A stretch of DNA of 64,000 bases from the human T2T-CHM13v2.0 reference genome, Homo sapiens. Positions 1-11,760 of this stretch are shown here, in pieces (the stretch's first letter is position 1; the number at the start of each line of letters is the position of its first letter). A model generated the notes under the pieces. That model saw only the letters and a program-made list of their open reading frames with translations, had not been told where the DNA came from and did not search any database. The position numbers and the translations under genes are program-made. The DNA lies in NCBI RefSeq assembly GCF_009914755.1, contig NC_060929.1. One strand, written 5' to 3'.

Positions 1-319
1 GAGGGCATTGCCAAAGGAGATTAACATTTGAGTCAGTGGGCTGGGTAAGGCAGACCCACCCTTAATCTGGTGGGCCCAATCTAATCAGCTGCCAGTGAAT
101 ATAAAGGAGGCAGAAAAAATGTGAAAGAGCAAGACTGGCCTAGCCTCCCAGCCTACATCTGTCTCATCTGTCTCCACTGTTAGATGCTTCCAGCCCTCAA
201 ACATCGGACTCCAGGTTCTTCAGTTTTGAGACTCAGACTGGCTCTCCTTGCTCCTTAAGCTTGCAGACAGCCTATTATGGGATCTTGTGATGGTGTAAGC
301 TAATACTTAATAAACTCCC

Positions 320-356
<37 letters not shown>

Positions 357-435
357 AATATGGAACTAATAGGAGATATATATATATCTCTCTCTCCTAT
401 TACTTCTGTCCCTCTAGAGAACCCTTACTAATACA
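1..435 (+). mobile_element. MLT2A-family (HERV-L) LTR, 5' end outside window
   Basis: Matches recalled MLT2A consensus (ccaaaggagattaacatttgagtcagtggg...ggcagacccacccttaatctgg...); AATAAA near 309; ends ...ctaataca at 435. Confidence 0.9.
325..352. repeat. (TG)n microsatellite inside MLT2A
   Basis: Direct inspection. Confidence 0.95.
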
Positions 436-769
436 GGCTGTTTTGCAGAGATTATTCTTCCACTTGCTCATTTATGCTCTCCCTGGTATTAAGCTCTCTC
501 AAGTATTCAGAATCCCTTCTCCAAGGGCTTCTGAGTGGTGCTCACCTTCCCTTGATTTCACCATTACCCAGAATCTGCATAATAATATTGAACCTAATCA
601 TCTTTCATGAGATGATGCTCTTGTGCAGAAAGATCATTAGGTGACATTTGATTTAGGGTTGGGTGAAATTATGTCTTCTTTGAGCATTTTCAGATATTGT
701 TTGGTCATGTCTGAAAATGAGAGGACCACGTAACAATGTACATATTTGTGTATTGCTTTATAAGAAGCT

Positions 770-925
770 TCTTCATAGATATTTTACATTTTGTCTTCTC
801 AATGGATCTATGGGACATAAATTAATATCCTTATTTAATGAAGACAGTTAGCCTCAAAGACATTGCCAGCCATGCCTGAGATCACAAAGCTCCTCAGTGG
901 TAGGTGTGAGATTCGAACACAAGTT
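770..925 (+). mobile_element. MIR SINE remnant
   Basis: Degenerate MIR core (atccttatttaatgaagacagttagcctcaaaga...gagatcacaaagct...gattcgaac). Confidence 0.55.
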
Positions 926-2404
926 GGTACGGTTTTGCTTAAGATCATCTGTCACTTGAAATTATTTGAAACTGGAAAATACGGTGATGATGAAGGCTAA
1001 TTAAATACTAGAATGTGATCCTCTCACTCACTAGGTAAATTTTCACCAAAATCATTCCTTTCTGCTGCATCACACTCCCTTCAGGTGAATTGAGAAACTG
1101 TCTCTTCAGGATTTCAGCTCCCTCCTGACTGCACAGCTAATAAATCTTTCTTCCCTGTAAGAGACATGTCATGATCAATATTTTCCTGTGCTGAAAACCC
1201 TATGTTTTATCACAAAAGATCTAGCTTCGAACTTAATTCCATTTTGTTCACTTTCATTCTCCTCTTATTCAGATTTAAAAAAAAAAAACATATCAAAAAG
1301 AAGTTTTCAAAAGGCAGATTATCATTCCCACATGGGGAACTGTTCTAAATGTGCTTTAGAAAGAGCTTGATGCTGCCAAAATGGCTCAAAAGGCTAACAA
1401 GTCCATGGGTGGTTATTAATTGAGAAAGATTATTGTCTGTGTGCTCCAGAGAAGGAGGGAAAAGGCTCTCTGCTCATTATAGCTCTACCCTCTGTTCTTC
1501 TCATAACCTTTGTTGGAACTTGCAAGGTGGCAGGCCAGTCCATGGGCTTCAGGCTAAAGGAGGAGAATGCTTAACATGAATAGGTCAAAGAGTGTACTGT
1601 CTCATAACGAAATCTCAGAGAGAAGTACTTAATTCCAATGCTGGAAACCTTGTAAAGGTTAATAGCAGGGAAAAAATCCATGGCCAGAAGACAGTCAAAT
1701 TCACGCCTATCCAGCATGTGTGGTTGTCACCTGAGAGGAAAGCTCTGTGTGTTTAACCACAATGTGAAAGTGAGGAATCAAATCGCTGGCATGACCCAAG
1801 CTTCTTTATTTCCTTGATTATTGCCCACATGTAATGTATTATTTGGCATAGTGGGCTTCTCAGAATTTTGATAAAATTACATGACTTCCGCAGTGAGAAT
1901 TGCATTGGTTTCTCTATCCTTTTTTCCACATCCTGCCATATCATGACAATAAAACACACAAGAACTTCTAACAAAAGTCTTATTAGAATGTTTTATTACC
2001 AGAAAACCCCTTTATCATAAGAAACATAAATGCACTGGAAATTTTTCAAAAATGGCTTCTGGTTTTCCCTTGAAATTATAATAAAATGTGATGAAAAATG
2101 CGATCTTGTCAACCATTTAGGAAGGAAAGTTAATCCTGAGCCAAAAACTATGTCTTTCAAATATCTCTCCAAATAGTGTGCAAATCATTGTGGTATTTAG
2201 AACTTTGAGTTCCAGGAAAGAAAACTGACATCCAGTTCAACTGGAGCTTTAAGAGGGCTAAGTTCTTAGAGATGCCTGTTTTGAAGTCAATTTTGTCAAT
2301 CACACCAAAAAAATGACTATCTTAAATCTCTATAGCTCTTTAAAAATTACCAAAGACATGTATGATGTCCTCTGACATCCTCATTCAACTTGAAAGGTAA
2401 AAAA

Positions 2405-2520
2405 GACCAGGGGTATTGTGGTCTGCATTTTATTAGTTAGGAAGTTGAGGCTCAAAAACTCCACACAATTTTCTTTAGTTTCAGATAGTAATTGGCACAC
2501 CTGGGACTCTGGTTCTCTGT
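2405..2520 (+). mobile_element. MIR SINE remnant
   Basis: cattttattagttaggaagttgaggctca resembles MIR core cccattttacagatgaggaaactgaggctca. Confidence 0.5.
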
Positions 2521-3250
2521 GCAGGCTACATTATAACTCACTGATTAATAAATCTATTCTACTTAGCCCAAGAACTGTTAGATGCTTCCAAATCAACTGC
2601 AGCTTCAGTTATCATTGAAAGGTTGATGATGCCCAAATCTATCCCTTTGGGCAGACCCACAGACTTGATTTCACATACTTGGATATCCCACGAGATCTTC
2701 AAACTTGACATGTTCAAAATTAGATTCACCTTCAACAGGCTACTCCTAATAGCACCATCACTCCTTTGGTTGGTGAAGATAGGTGTTGCAAATAAATTGT
2801 TGGAGGGAACTTTCCAGTGTAGCCAAATGCTATTCACTGAAATGCCTCTCTATGGTCTCAGCATTGACAAAGGCATTATGCCATTCTGTATCTCCTCCCA
2901 CCCCAGGATGTGTTTACATACTGTGTCCCCTCAATATTTTGAAGTCTTTGAAGGCAAGTACCTGTCACTTGATGGACACATCATATTCTATGCTAAGGTT
3001 TATCAGAAATCTCTGAAAAGTTTTAAATTTAGAAAAAATGTACGAGGATGGCACAGAGGCTCTCCATATACCTCACACATTTTCCCCTATTATTAACATC
3101 AGACATGAGTATGCTACATTTGTCACAATTAACAAACTAATATTAATTATTATTTTCTAAAGCCCATACTTGTCATGTCTACTTAGGCTGCTCTTGGCTG
3201 TGACAGTCTCTCAGATTTTCCTTGTTTTTCTTGACCTCAAAAGTTTTCCA

Positions 3251-3543
3251 GGCCGGGCGCGGTGGCTCACGCCTGTAATCCCAGCACTTTGGGAGGCCAA
3301 GGCAGGAGGTTCGTGAGGTCAAGAGATCAAGACCATTCTGGCCAACATGGTGAAACCCCGTCTCTACTAAAAGTACAAAAATTAGCTGGGCGTGGTGGCG
3401 CTCGCCTGTAGTCCCAGCTACTTGGGAGGCTGAGGCAGGAGAATTGCTTGAACCCAGGAGGTGGAGGTTGCAGTGAACCGAGATGCACCACTGCATTCCA
3501 GCCTGGTGACAGAGCGAGACTCAGTCTCAAAAAAAAGAAAAAA
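3251..3543 (+). mobile_element. Full-length Alu (AluSc-like)
   Basis: Dimeric Alu with A-tail; gtcaagagatcaagacc diagnostic region; perfect 12-bp TSD AAAAGTTTTCCA at 3239-3250 and 3544-3555. Confidence 0.97.
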
Positions 3544-3920
3544 AAAAGTTTTCCAGAGAATGGTCAGTTATTTTGTAGAATGTCCCTCAATTTGTGTCAT
3601 TCTGAGGTTTTTCTCATGGCTTGACTGTGCTTATGGGTTTTGGGGGAAATACCAAAGGAGTGAAGTGCTGTTCTCATCATATGATATCAGGTGTACGTAC
3701 TATGAATATGAGTTATCACCGGTGATGTTAACCTTGATCACCTGGCTGATATAGTGGTGATCAGATTTTCCACCATAAAGCTACTCTTTTTCTCCATTCT
3801 AATACTGTGCTTTTTGGAAGTATGTCACTATGAGTAGCCCACACTTAGGGGCACAAAGTATAATACTAAAATCATTTGGAATACTGCACAGGAGATTTGT
3901 CTCTTTCCTCCCATTGATTT

Positions 3921-4386
3921 TGTAAAAGGAAAATAAATTGTGGGTCCCCCAAACCACTAAGGGGGAAAAGTCAAATGGAACTGCTTAGGACAAACCTGCC
4001 TCCCATTCTATTCAAAGTCATCTCTCTGCTCACTGAGATAAAAGTATATCTGACTGCCTCCTTTGGAAAGGCTAATCAGAAAATCATAAGAACACAACCA
4101 TTTGTCACTTATCTACCAATGGCCTGGAAGCTCCCTCCCCACTTCCAGTTCTCCTGCCTTTGCTTCAAGTTGTTCTGCCTTTCTGGACCAAGCCAGTGTT
4201 CATCTTACACATATTGATTGATGTCTCAGGTCTCCCTAAAATGTATAAAACCAAACTATGCTCAGACCACCCTGGGCACATGTCGTCAGGAACTCCTGAA
4301 GCTGTGTCACGGGCGCACGTCCTTAATTCTGGCAAAATAAACTTCCTAAACTGACTGAGATCTGTCTCAGATATTCAGGGCTCACA
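3921..4386 (+). mobile_element. MER4A-family ERV1 solo LTR
   Basis: TG...CA ends; 4-bp TSD ATTT (3917-3920 and 4387-4390); TATA-like tgtataaaa and AATAAA; matches recalled MER4A consensus. Confidence 0.88.
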
Positions 4387-4779
4387 ATTTATTTATTCAA
4401 TCATCTATTCAACCATTTATTTATGTCAGTATGGACTTACGGATATTTATTTTATACTTTGGGTTATAGATTAATACTTCCTTATTTTGTTGCTCAAATT
4501 GTTCCAGCTGTGGCCACTGGGCACTCTTTCATCTGTAAGACCTTTTTTATTCATTAAAAAAATACGAATATAATTTATGTATGCAAGACTGGTTTTTACA
4601 ATTTGAGAAAATAACATGCCGTGTAATTCAGATGCTGAAGCCCTGTCTTTAATGAACAATAACATTCGACAATAACATTGGATTCTGGGTTTTTTCCCAT
4701 GCTTTCCCCTCCTTTTCTTACTTCGACAGTTGGAAAAATATATAACTCTTACTGATCTTCATATTGCACCTAACAAATC

Positions 4780-4910
4780 CCCACATCCAGCTTGGCAGGA
4801 TAATGAAAGATTTTTATCTCTATTTTACAGATGAGAAACTAAGACACAGAACCACTAAATGGCATGCTCCAAGGCTTTCCACGCCACACTAGGGAAATGA
4901 AGCCTGCAAT
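4780..4910 (+). mobile_element. MIR SINE remnant
   Basis: ctattttacagatgagaaactaagacacaga is the MIR core. Confidence 0.7.
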
Positions 4911-5404
4911 TCATCAGGCCAGCCCAGCCCAGCCCAGCCCTCCTGCAGCGTGCTGGGTCACTGTGGCCTCCCCCTTTCCGATAATGGTGGGCCTTGCAAT
5001 CAAGGTAGTTATCATGCCCTTTGCAAAGGTTGCACCTCTCCTGCAAAGGTTGGCTGTTGTTTTGCAGTTCCTCAAGCATATTTTGCCTCCTCCTTCACAT
5101 AGATCCCAGCAGAGCAGGAAATTTCAGCTGCTTTTTAGGACCACCTAGAGTTCTAAATTCCCAGCTCCCCCAAGAAACTTTACAAACAAGCTCCTCGTTT
5201 TTGCCCCGATCCCCCAAGACCTTTATTCAACATCCAGTTGCCTGTTAGGTTTAGCCTTCCTTTCAAAACAAACAGGATTCATTTCTGTTTTGAAAAGTTA
5301 AGCCCTACTAAGCCACAGGAGATGAGATTTTGAGCTCCCAGTGCTGCATTACATAAGGAGGGAAAAGGAGGACAGAAAAGGAAGATAGGAACGGTGAAAT
5401 AAAA

Positions 5405-5520
5405 GTGCCTGGGGTTCTAATCAGCACTTTGCTTGTAATTAGCTTCCTGACCTCAGGCCACCCCCTGGCTCCCTCTGGGCCTCAGTCTCTCCATCTGTAA
5501 AACACAAAGGCTGTAGAGAT
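5405..5520 (-). mobile_element. MIR SINE remnant
   Basis: ctctgggcctcagtctctccatctgtaaaa is the reverse-complement MIR core. Confidence 0.7.
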
Positions 5521-5640
5521 CAGAGCCTTTCAAGCCTGGCAAATTAAAGTCTTCACAGGGATAATTTCATCTTAGACATATATAACTGGAATAAAAGTTT
5601 CACTAACTGATACCTTTCTACATGTGTGTGTTCTGATATA

Positions 5641-5795
5641 TTTTAATTTAAAAAATTAACTCTATATTTTAATTGACATGCATTGTATATATATTTGGTG
5701 TGTAAATGCGTGTTGTTTTCATGTACGTATACATTGTAGAATGGCTAAATCTAACTAGCATATGCAATACCTCACACACATTTTTTGTGGTGATA
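5641..5795 (-). mobile_element. L1MA-type 3' end fragment
   Basis: T-rich tail then aattgacatg...cattgtagaatggctaaatc...atacctcacac, typical L1MA 3' terminus. Confidence 0.6.
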
Positions 5796-5914
5796 TTCTG
5801 AGAGGTCATGTTCTACCTCATAGCATTTTTTTAAATGCAAGTGGTTTGGGACCCAGTACAACTGGTTTCCCAAGCCATTAACAGATCATGATCTGCAGTT
5901 TCCTGAGCGACTAA

Positions 5915-6517
5915 TGATACGGGAGTTAAGAAGAAATCACTTAGGCAGATAGTAAGGATATGGGAGTCCTCAGTAAGGCTTTTCTTTTTCATGCAAAGCA
6001 GCCCCAAGTCATTTTCTCACAAAGTCCAGCTGCAGACATAGGCAAGCAAACTGGAAGCTTGCAGGAGTGAATGCTGGCAGGAACGAGGCACTATACATGT
6101 TCAAGATGGCGGCTCCAACTTCCCTTCTGTTTGTCAGCCACATGTACTGTAAGGAGCAGACAAGATGGTGCAGATCAACTGGAAAGCCTATTTGCATAAT
6201 AAGATTAGGATGGGGCTACCAGCCTTCCTTGTGTGCTATGTAAATGTCATACCTGATCGAACCAATCTGTAAGCTTTATGTAAATCAGGCACTAACTCCT
6301 CAAACCTGACTATAAAATTCGGTGCATCCACCACCTACGGGTCCTTTCCACTTGGAGACCCGTCTCTCTATGGAGAGAGCTGCTTCTCTTTCTCTTCTCT
6401 TCTCTTCTGCCTATTAAACCTCTGCTCCTGAACTCCTCATGTGTGTTGGTGTTCTAAATTTTCCTGGCACATGATCACGAACCCTGGGTTTATACCCCAC
6501 ACAATGTAGCCACTTCA
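5915..6517 (+). mobile_element. LTR9B-like ERV1 solo LTR
   Basis: Starts tgatacgggagttaagaagaaatcacttaggcagatag (LTR9B consensus start), ends ...cacttca; near-TSD CTAA/CCAA; TATA ctataaaa and ATTAAA. Confidence 0.85.
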
Positions 6518-6639
6518 CCAACAGATCATGGTCTAAACATTCCAGGGCTAGATGGTGCCTGAGATGCTGTGCAGCATTCTCTTGCCAAACTTCTAAGTCG
6601 GGGCTGAACTAGATTCTTACCTCAGAGCCACTAAGTGCA

Positions 6640-6790
6640 TCCTGTAATCCTGCCTACTTGCCCTGGATTTTGTCCTGACTCTGCAGGAACCGCGTGTCCT
6701 TAAGCAAGGAGCTCAACTTCCTGAGCCTCAGTGTTTTCATCTTTAAAAGAGGCCTATTGTCAGTACATTAGAAAATGCTCGTAGCAATGC
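6640..6790 (-). mobile_element. MIR SINE remnant
   Basis: ctcaacttcctgagcctcagtgttttcatctttaaaa. Confidence 0.6.
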
Positions 6791-7114
6791 CTAACATTTC
6801 ATGCAAACTATATGGTGTTTCTATTGTCATAACAGATTTGAGGAAAAATTCTTCTTATCTGGGTCTGAGGCATCTTCCCCAGGGAATGAAGGGGAGTAGT
6901 GCAGGCTGCCCACGGGAGGGGTTGTGGGGAGCCAGGTAAATCTTTGGTGTGCTTTTGGGCATAGTTCTCTCTGTTATGCCAATTGGCTGTATTTTTAGGA
7001 TGTCTTAGGTTATGTGGGTGCTGAAAGTTAGTTCCCTAGATATTCCTCAACAAAGTAAATCAAGTTGCCATTAAATTGCGACAACAGTACCATTTAATCA
7101 TGTAATTGTCATAC

Positions 7115-8402
7115 TGAAACCACATTTGAAAAAATTACAATAGTGAGAAAATTATGACAGTGAAAGAGATCTAACCAACTTCAACTTGTTTGCAACCTCC
7201 AAGCTGCCCTTGTTCATTCCTGGCTTTAGGCTGAACTAACTTTGGGAAGAATTTAGTTTATAGTTTATATGGTAATAACCCTTCCCCAAAACTAAACTGC
7301 CTTTGTAAAACTAATCAAAGGTCACCAGGTTAGGAAGATGAGAGGGGCTTGAATTCCGCTAAGATGTAGGTACTGTTAGCCACATTCCAGAGGTCACAAG
7401 ATTTGCAACTTCCCCAATTCACTATTGTAGAAGCTAAAATTGGCCTTTTGAGATATCCTTTCAGGCTTTTGCATTTCTGACAACCAGATGGCCCCACCCA
7501 GACCTGAAACTCTTGGCTCAACTAGTCTTGCGGCCCCCACCCAGAAGCAGACTTAGCACACGAGGAACATTTTCCACACCCTAACCAATCAGCAGCACCC
7601 ATTCCCTTGGCCACCAAACTGAGGCAGCGTTCCATTTGCAGGGGCACTAGCTCCAGGGGGGGTGGCGGCGGTGGGGAGGTCTGTTCCTGCAGACCCTTGA
7701 TTCGGTGACAGATGAATAAAGTACACTGACACACAGATATTCTGCTCTGCCAGTCCAGCTGAGGGTCCGAGCCGCTTACAGGCTCTAAGCTGAGTTCTGT
7801 AAACAGTTGCAACTTGGCCCCATCAGATAGTGAGGCTGGCATTTGTTCAGTAAGACTAATTAACAAAAGTTGTGAGTAAACACCACTAGAGGGTAAAGAT
7901 TAAAGGCCAGGTTCTGAGGCTTAAAGCACACCATTTGCAGGTAATAAACTTCTGCCAACTGCTCCCACCTGAGTAGGAGGCGGTATAGTACTGAGGTAGG
8001 ACAAAGGTCAGTCTTAAGCCCATACAAGTAAACAGGTTACTAAGATAAACTTCCCACATTCCTTTGTACTTGCACCCTCTTTCTGGCTCCTGCAAAGAGA
8101 CCCTGGCTGCCTTCAGCCAAGCAATCTGAAGCTATGCAAACTCTCAGGCCTTCCAAGAGAGTTTTTGACTATTACTATAACTATCTTTAGTATTTTTCCC
8201 ACCAGCCTGATGGAACCCCAACACCAAACTACACTTAAAAAACCATAGCCTCTGAATTTTGGGGAGGTTTATTTGAGATTGATTTGTCTACAAGGCATAG
8301 CCACCTCATGCCAATTAAACTCATTCTTTATTATAATGCCATGGTCTCAGTGAATTGGTCTTATCTGTGCAGCAGGCAAGAAGAACCCATTGGGTAGTTA
8401 TA
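7115..8402 (+). mobile_element. LTR8A-like ERV1 solo LTR, split by an LTR22 insertion
   Basis: Starts tgaaaccacatttgaaaaaattac, ends gcaggcaagaagaacccattgggtagttata; 4-bp TSD ATAC (7111-7114 and 8403-8406). Confidence 0.87.
7620..8223 (-). mobile_element. LTR22-family (HERV-K HML-5) solo LTR nested in LTR8A
   Basis: Reverse complement begins tgttggggttccatcaggctggtgggaaaaatactaaagatagttatag; TG...CA ends; perfect 6-bp TSD CCAAAC (7614-7619 and 8224-8229), typical of betaretrovirus-like ERVs. Confidence 0.85.
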
Positions 8403-8887
8403 ATACCTTATAAAATAGAGGAATGTAGGCTGAAATTAACAACAGAGTCATTTTCAAAGCCCCTTTTACTTTGCCTGGAAATCTCCCTCACTGTATTCTT
8501 CCCTCTGTCTTAGCCCCTTCTTACCTGTCCCCAATCCCCACACTCACTCATCCAAGGCTCATGAATAGCTCATCTCCAGGTTCTTCCGCCCTCCAAGAGT
8601 GTTTTCAAGTAAGAGAACAGGCTGCCCCATCCAACGCAAGCAGCCTAGTTTGTCAGCAGGTGTCATCTTTAAATGAAGTCTTCTAAGAGTAAGGAGGATT
8701 ATTTCTACCCTCCATAACACAGCAAGTATAAGAGAAAATTCAAATGAAAAATAAAGAGCCTACATTCTCCCTGTTTAAAATGAGACTTCTTCCCTTTTCT
8801 TAGAAAAATTATTTTAGAAAACTTATAATTGTAAATTATTTCTCTATCTCTCTGAAATGTTTATAAATCATTTTAAAATCTACATAG

Positions 8888-9028
8888 GGGCCAGGCAGGG
8901 TGATTCATGCCTATAATCCCAGCACTTTGGGATGCCAAGGCAGGAGTATGGCTTGAGACTAGGAATTCAAGGCCAGCCTGGCAACATAGGAAGACCTCAT
9001 CTCTACGAAAAATGTTTGAAATGATAGT
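8888..9028 (+). mobile_element. Free left Alu monomer (FLAM-like)
   Basis: Single Alu left arm; TSD AAATCTACATAG / AAATCTAAATAG (8876-8887 and 9029-9040). Confidence 0.85.
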
Positions 9029-9550
9029 AAATCTAAATAGGTTTCTTTCCGGTGTTAAGACCCAGGAATATCTTTCTCCAGGACCTGAGAGCCATCTCTT
9101 TGAAATGCAATCGTCAAAGAAAATAGCATCCCCATCTTCCAGTTATGTGGGAGGATAGGAGCCTAACAGGTGAGCATGTCACTGCAAGATGTAAAACTAC
9201 CCCCCACCATAAGATACAATAAGTTTATTTTTCCTTTGGATACAGCCAATTAACTAATATGGATGGTCACTCCAATTACAAGGTGAATTTAGAATGAACT
9301 GTGTGTGATAATAGCGCTGTCAAGTCCTACTTGAGAACTGGTTATTATTGATTATGTTGAGAACATGTGTATGTAGTGGGTTGTATCTGCATGTCCATAT
9401 AATTTTTTTTTTCCTGTCTTCACACTGTCTTAGTGAATTGCCTGTGACACACATTACATTTTGGTTTAATGTTATTCAATGATAAAACTGTTTTTTTCTG
9501 TCTCTCTCTCTCTCTCTTTCCTTTGTGGAGAGGTTTTCTAGGTTGTTAGG

Positions 9551-9921
9551 TGTGTTAGTCACCTTGGGCTACTGTAACAAAATACCACAGACTGGGCGCA
9601 TTAAACAATACACATTTATTTCTCACAGTTCCGACAGCTGGGAAGTCCAAGATCAAGGTGCCAGCAGATTTGGTTGCCTGCGAGCGTGCTCTTCCTGGCT
9701 TGCAGACAGCAGCCTTCTCCTGTGTGTCAGAGGGCAGACAGAGAGAGGGAGCTCTGGTCTCTATTCCTCTTCTAATAAGGACACTAATCTCATCATGATA
9801 GCCTCACCCACATGACCTCATCTAACCCTAATCACCTCCCAAAGACCCCACTTCCAAATGCTACTGCATCAGGGGTTAGAACCTCAACATAATTTTAGAA
9901 GAACGCATTCAGTCCATAACA
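9551..9921 (-). mobile_element. MLT1A-type MaLR LTR
   Basis: tgtgttagtc...tgtaacaaaataccacagactggg...aagtccaagatcaaggtgccagcag...cattcagtccataaca. Confidence 0.85.
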
Positions 9922-10224
9922 AGAGAAGATTATGTATTTAATTGTATTTCCTCAACCCAGGCTGTCCCCTTCCTTCAGTCTGCAATTGGGGTGTGGGTGC
10001 AAAATGGCCTGGGAGTCCATAACCCTCCCCTACCCCTCATGGAACACTCTTAGGCAGGTGCTGAGCCAGTAGAGATAAGGTTCTTTGGGACTAGATGCTA
10101 AAAGCACATGTTCTTACCAGGGATATTTAAGAAAATCAAGACTGATCAAATCAAGAGGGAAAATTAAGATTCAAATGCTCAGAATTACGGAACTCCTTCA
10201 TCTCCATATCAGAAATGGACAAGG

Positions 10225-11005
10225 ATGTCATTAAGTTGGAGTCCCTATGAGGGCCTAAGGCAGAGATTCAAATGCACAGGACTTATTAAGGGGATGCTAT
10301 TGGAGAAGAGAAATGGAGGAAGGAAAACAGAGAGGGGGAATGACATCGTTTAATTATGTGTTCCCACCAAACCTCATGAGGCCTGGTGGGAGATGTCTGA
10401 GTCACAGGGGTAGATCCCTCATAGGTGCTGTCCTCATGATAGTGAGTGAGTTCTTGCGGGATCTGATTGTTTAAGTTTGTGGAACCCCCCCACACACACA
10501 CACAAACACACTCTCTTTCTTGCTTCTGTTTTGTGTCCATGTGACATGTCTGTTCCCATTTAGCCTTCTGCCATGAATAAAAGCTCCCTCAGTCCTCCCC
10601 AGAAGCTGCGCAGATGCTGGTGTCATGCTTGTACAGCCTGCAGAACCATGAGCCAATTAAATCTTTTTTCTTTATAAATTACCCAGTCTCAGGTATTTCT
10701 TTTAAGCAATCCAAGAACAGCCTTATACAGAGGAAGTCCAGCAACATTATGGTCTCAGCTAGAGAAAAACTTCAGGTTGATCCCACAGAAAGAATCTGGA
10801 GCATAATCATAACACAAAATCCTCCCACTTCAAAGCAAAGAAGCTTCCATTCTGCTCCCCCAAATTAATCAATTGCTCATTCAGAGCTGTGTATGTTTTC
10901 TGGGTCAAGGTGATTCCTGTCAGCTGAGGGCAATTTTCCAGAAAAGAGGTCACCCTTGAGCCTTTAGCAGCCAATTCTATAGCAGTTAGTGGGTGGGTGC
11001 ACAGC
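10225..11005 (-). mobile_element. LTR16-family ERVL LTR, split by an MST LTR
   Basis: Degenerate LTR16 blocks either side of the MST (gagattcaaatgcacaggacttatt; cagctgagggcaattttccagaaaagagg...ttagcagccaa). Confidence 0.55.
10341..10729 (+). mobile_element. MSTA-like MaLR LTR
   Basis: cagatgctggtgtcatgcttgtacagcctgcagaaccatgagccaattaaa...acccagtctcaggtatttc...ataca. Confidence 0.85.
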
Positions 11006-11444
11006 TTCTCTTCTGAGCTGATATCGATGCCCAGAAAAATGGCTGGGGAAAAATAAGCAAGTGCAGTGAATTAGCACCTGTTTTAAAGAGCTAAAATCAT
11101 GTGTGAGGAGGTGACCTGGATTGTGAGGAAAAGGCCACCATGACCCCTTCTAGACCTTTAATTCTATCCAGCCACTTTTAAGCACACGGAAAGGATCTTC
11201 TCTTCTGCCTTGCCCCCTTTCCAGTCTTCTTTAAATGGGAGGGTGGCAGCATAATTTAGAGGACTTCTAGTGGCCAGTGGGAACTCCTTTCAAAAGTGTG
11301 AGCAGACCAGCGACTGCAATATGATTCCAGAAGCAAAGCCAGGATCAAATAGAGATTAGAGTTTGGAAAAAGAGCAGCATCAAGCAGCCAGCCCATGCTA
11401 CTTCTGTGAAATATGCCATGCTAGATGTTACAAAAAGCCAGGAG

Positions 11445-11570
11445 ACAGAACTATTATTAGTCCCATTTTACAAATGAGGAAACGGAACATAGATCCCTTA
11501 AGCAACCTGTCCAAAGTCTTGGAACTAGTATAAGTGAAAATTCTAATCCCAAACCTATGATTTCAAAGTG
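11445..11570 (+). mobile_element. MIR SINE remnant
   Basis: ctattattagtcccattttacaaatgaggaaac core. Confidence 0.7.
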
Positions 11571-11584
11571 CAGACGGTAATCTC

Positions 11585-11760
11585 TGTAGTACAGTATCAA
11601 AGACATGAATTCTGTTTCTGCTCAGTGTGAACTTAGGAAATCCCTAAATATCTCTGACCCTCAATATATTCATCTGAAATGAAATATCCTAACAGAAGTC
11701 CTACTGCCTCAGAGAATCAAGCAACACAGCAGATACGAAGTGGCTCAGAAAGGTCGAAAG
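11585..11760 (-). mobile_element. MIR SINE remnant
   Basis: gtgtgaacttaggaaatccctaaatatctctgaccctcaatatattcatctgaaatg. Confidence 0.55.

Larger units (their letters stand above)
3040..4540 (-). mobile_element. Old L1 (L1MC/L1MD-type) 3' UTR, interrupted by an Alu and a MER4A LTR
   Basis: L1M 3'UTR motifs (ttgtagaatgtccctcaatttg; ggtgatgttaaccttgatcacctgg; ttttgttgctcaaattgttccagc) continue across both insertions; antiparallel homology to 46980-47200. Confidence 0.75.
8727..9956 (+). mobile_element. MER67-like ERV1 LTR carrying nested FLAM and MLT1A insertions
   Basis: Consensus-like blocks (ggacctgagagccatctctttgaaatgc; ctttgtggagaggttttct; ...aattgtatttcctcaac) resume after each insertion; subfamily from recall. 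Confidence 0.7.

Noticed and set aside
2623-3096. 157-aa plus-strand ORF
   Set aside because: No recognisable homology or domain, runs into L1 sequence, and its length is attainable by chance across six frames of 64 kb
3179-3754. ORFs over Alu elements (also 14585-14871, 48952-49203, 57730-58173)
   Set aside because: Typical Alu-derived translations ([21 protein letters not shown])
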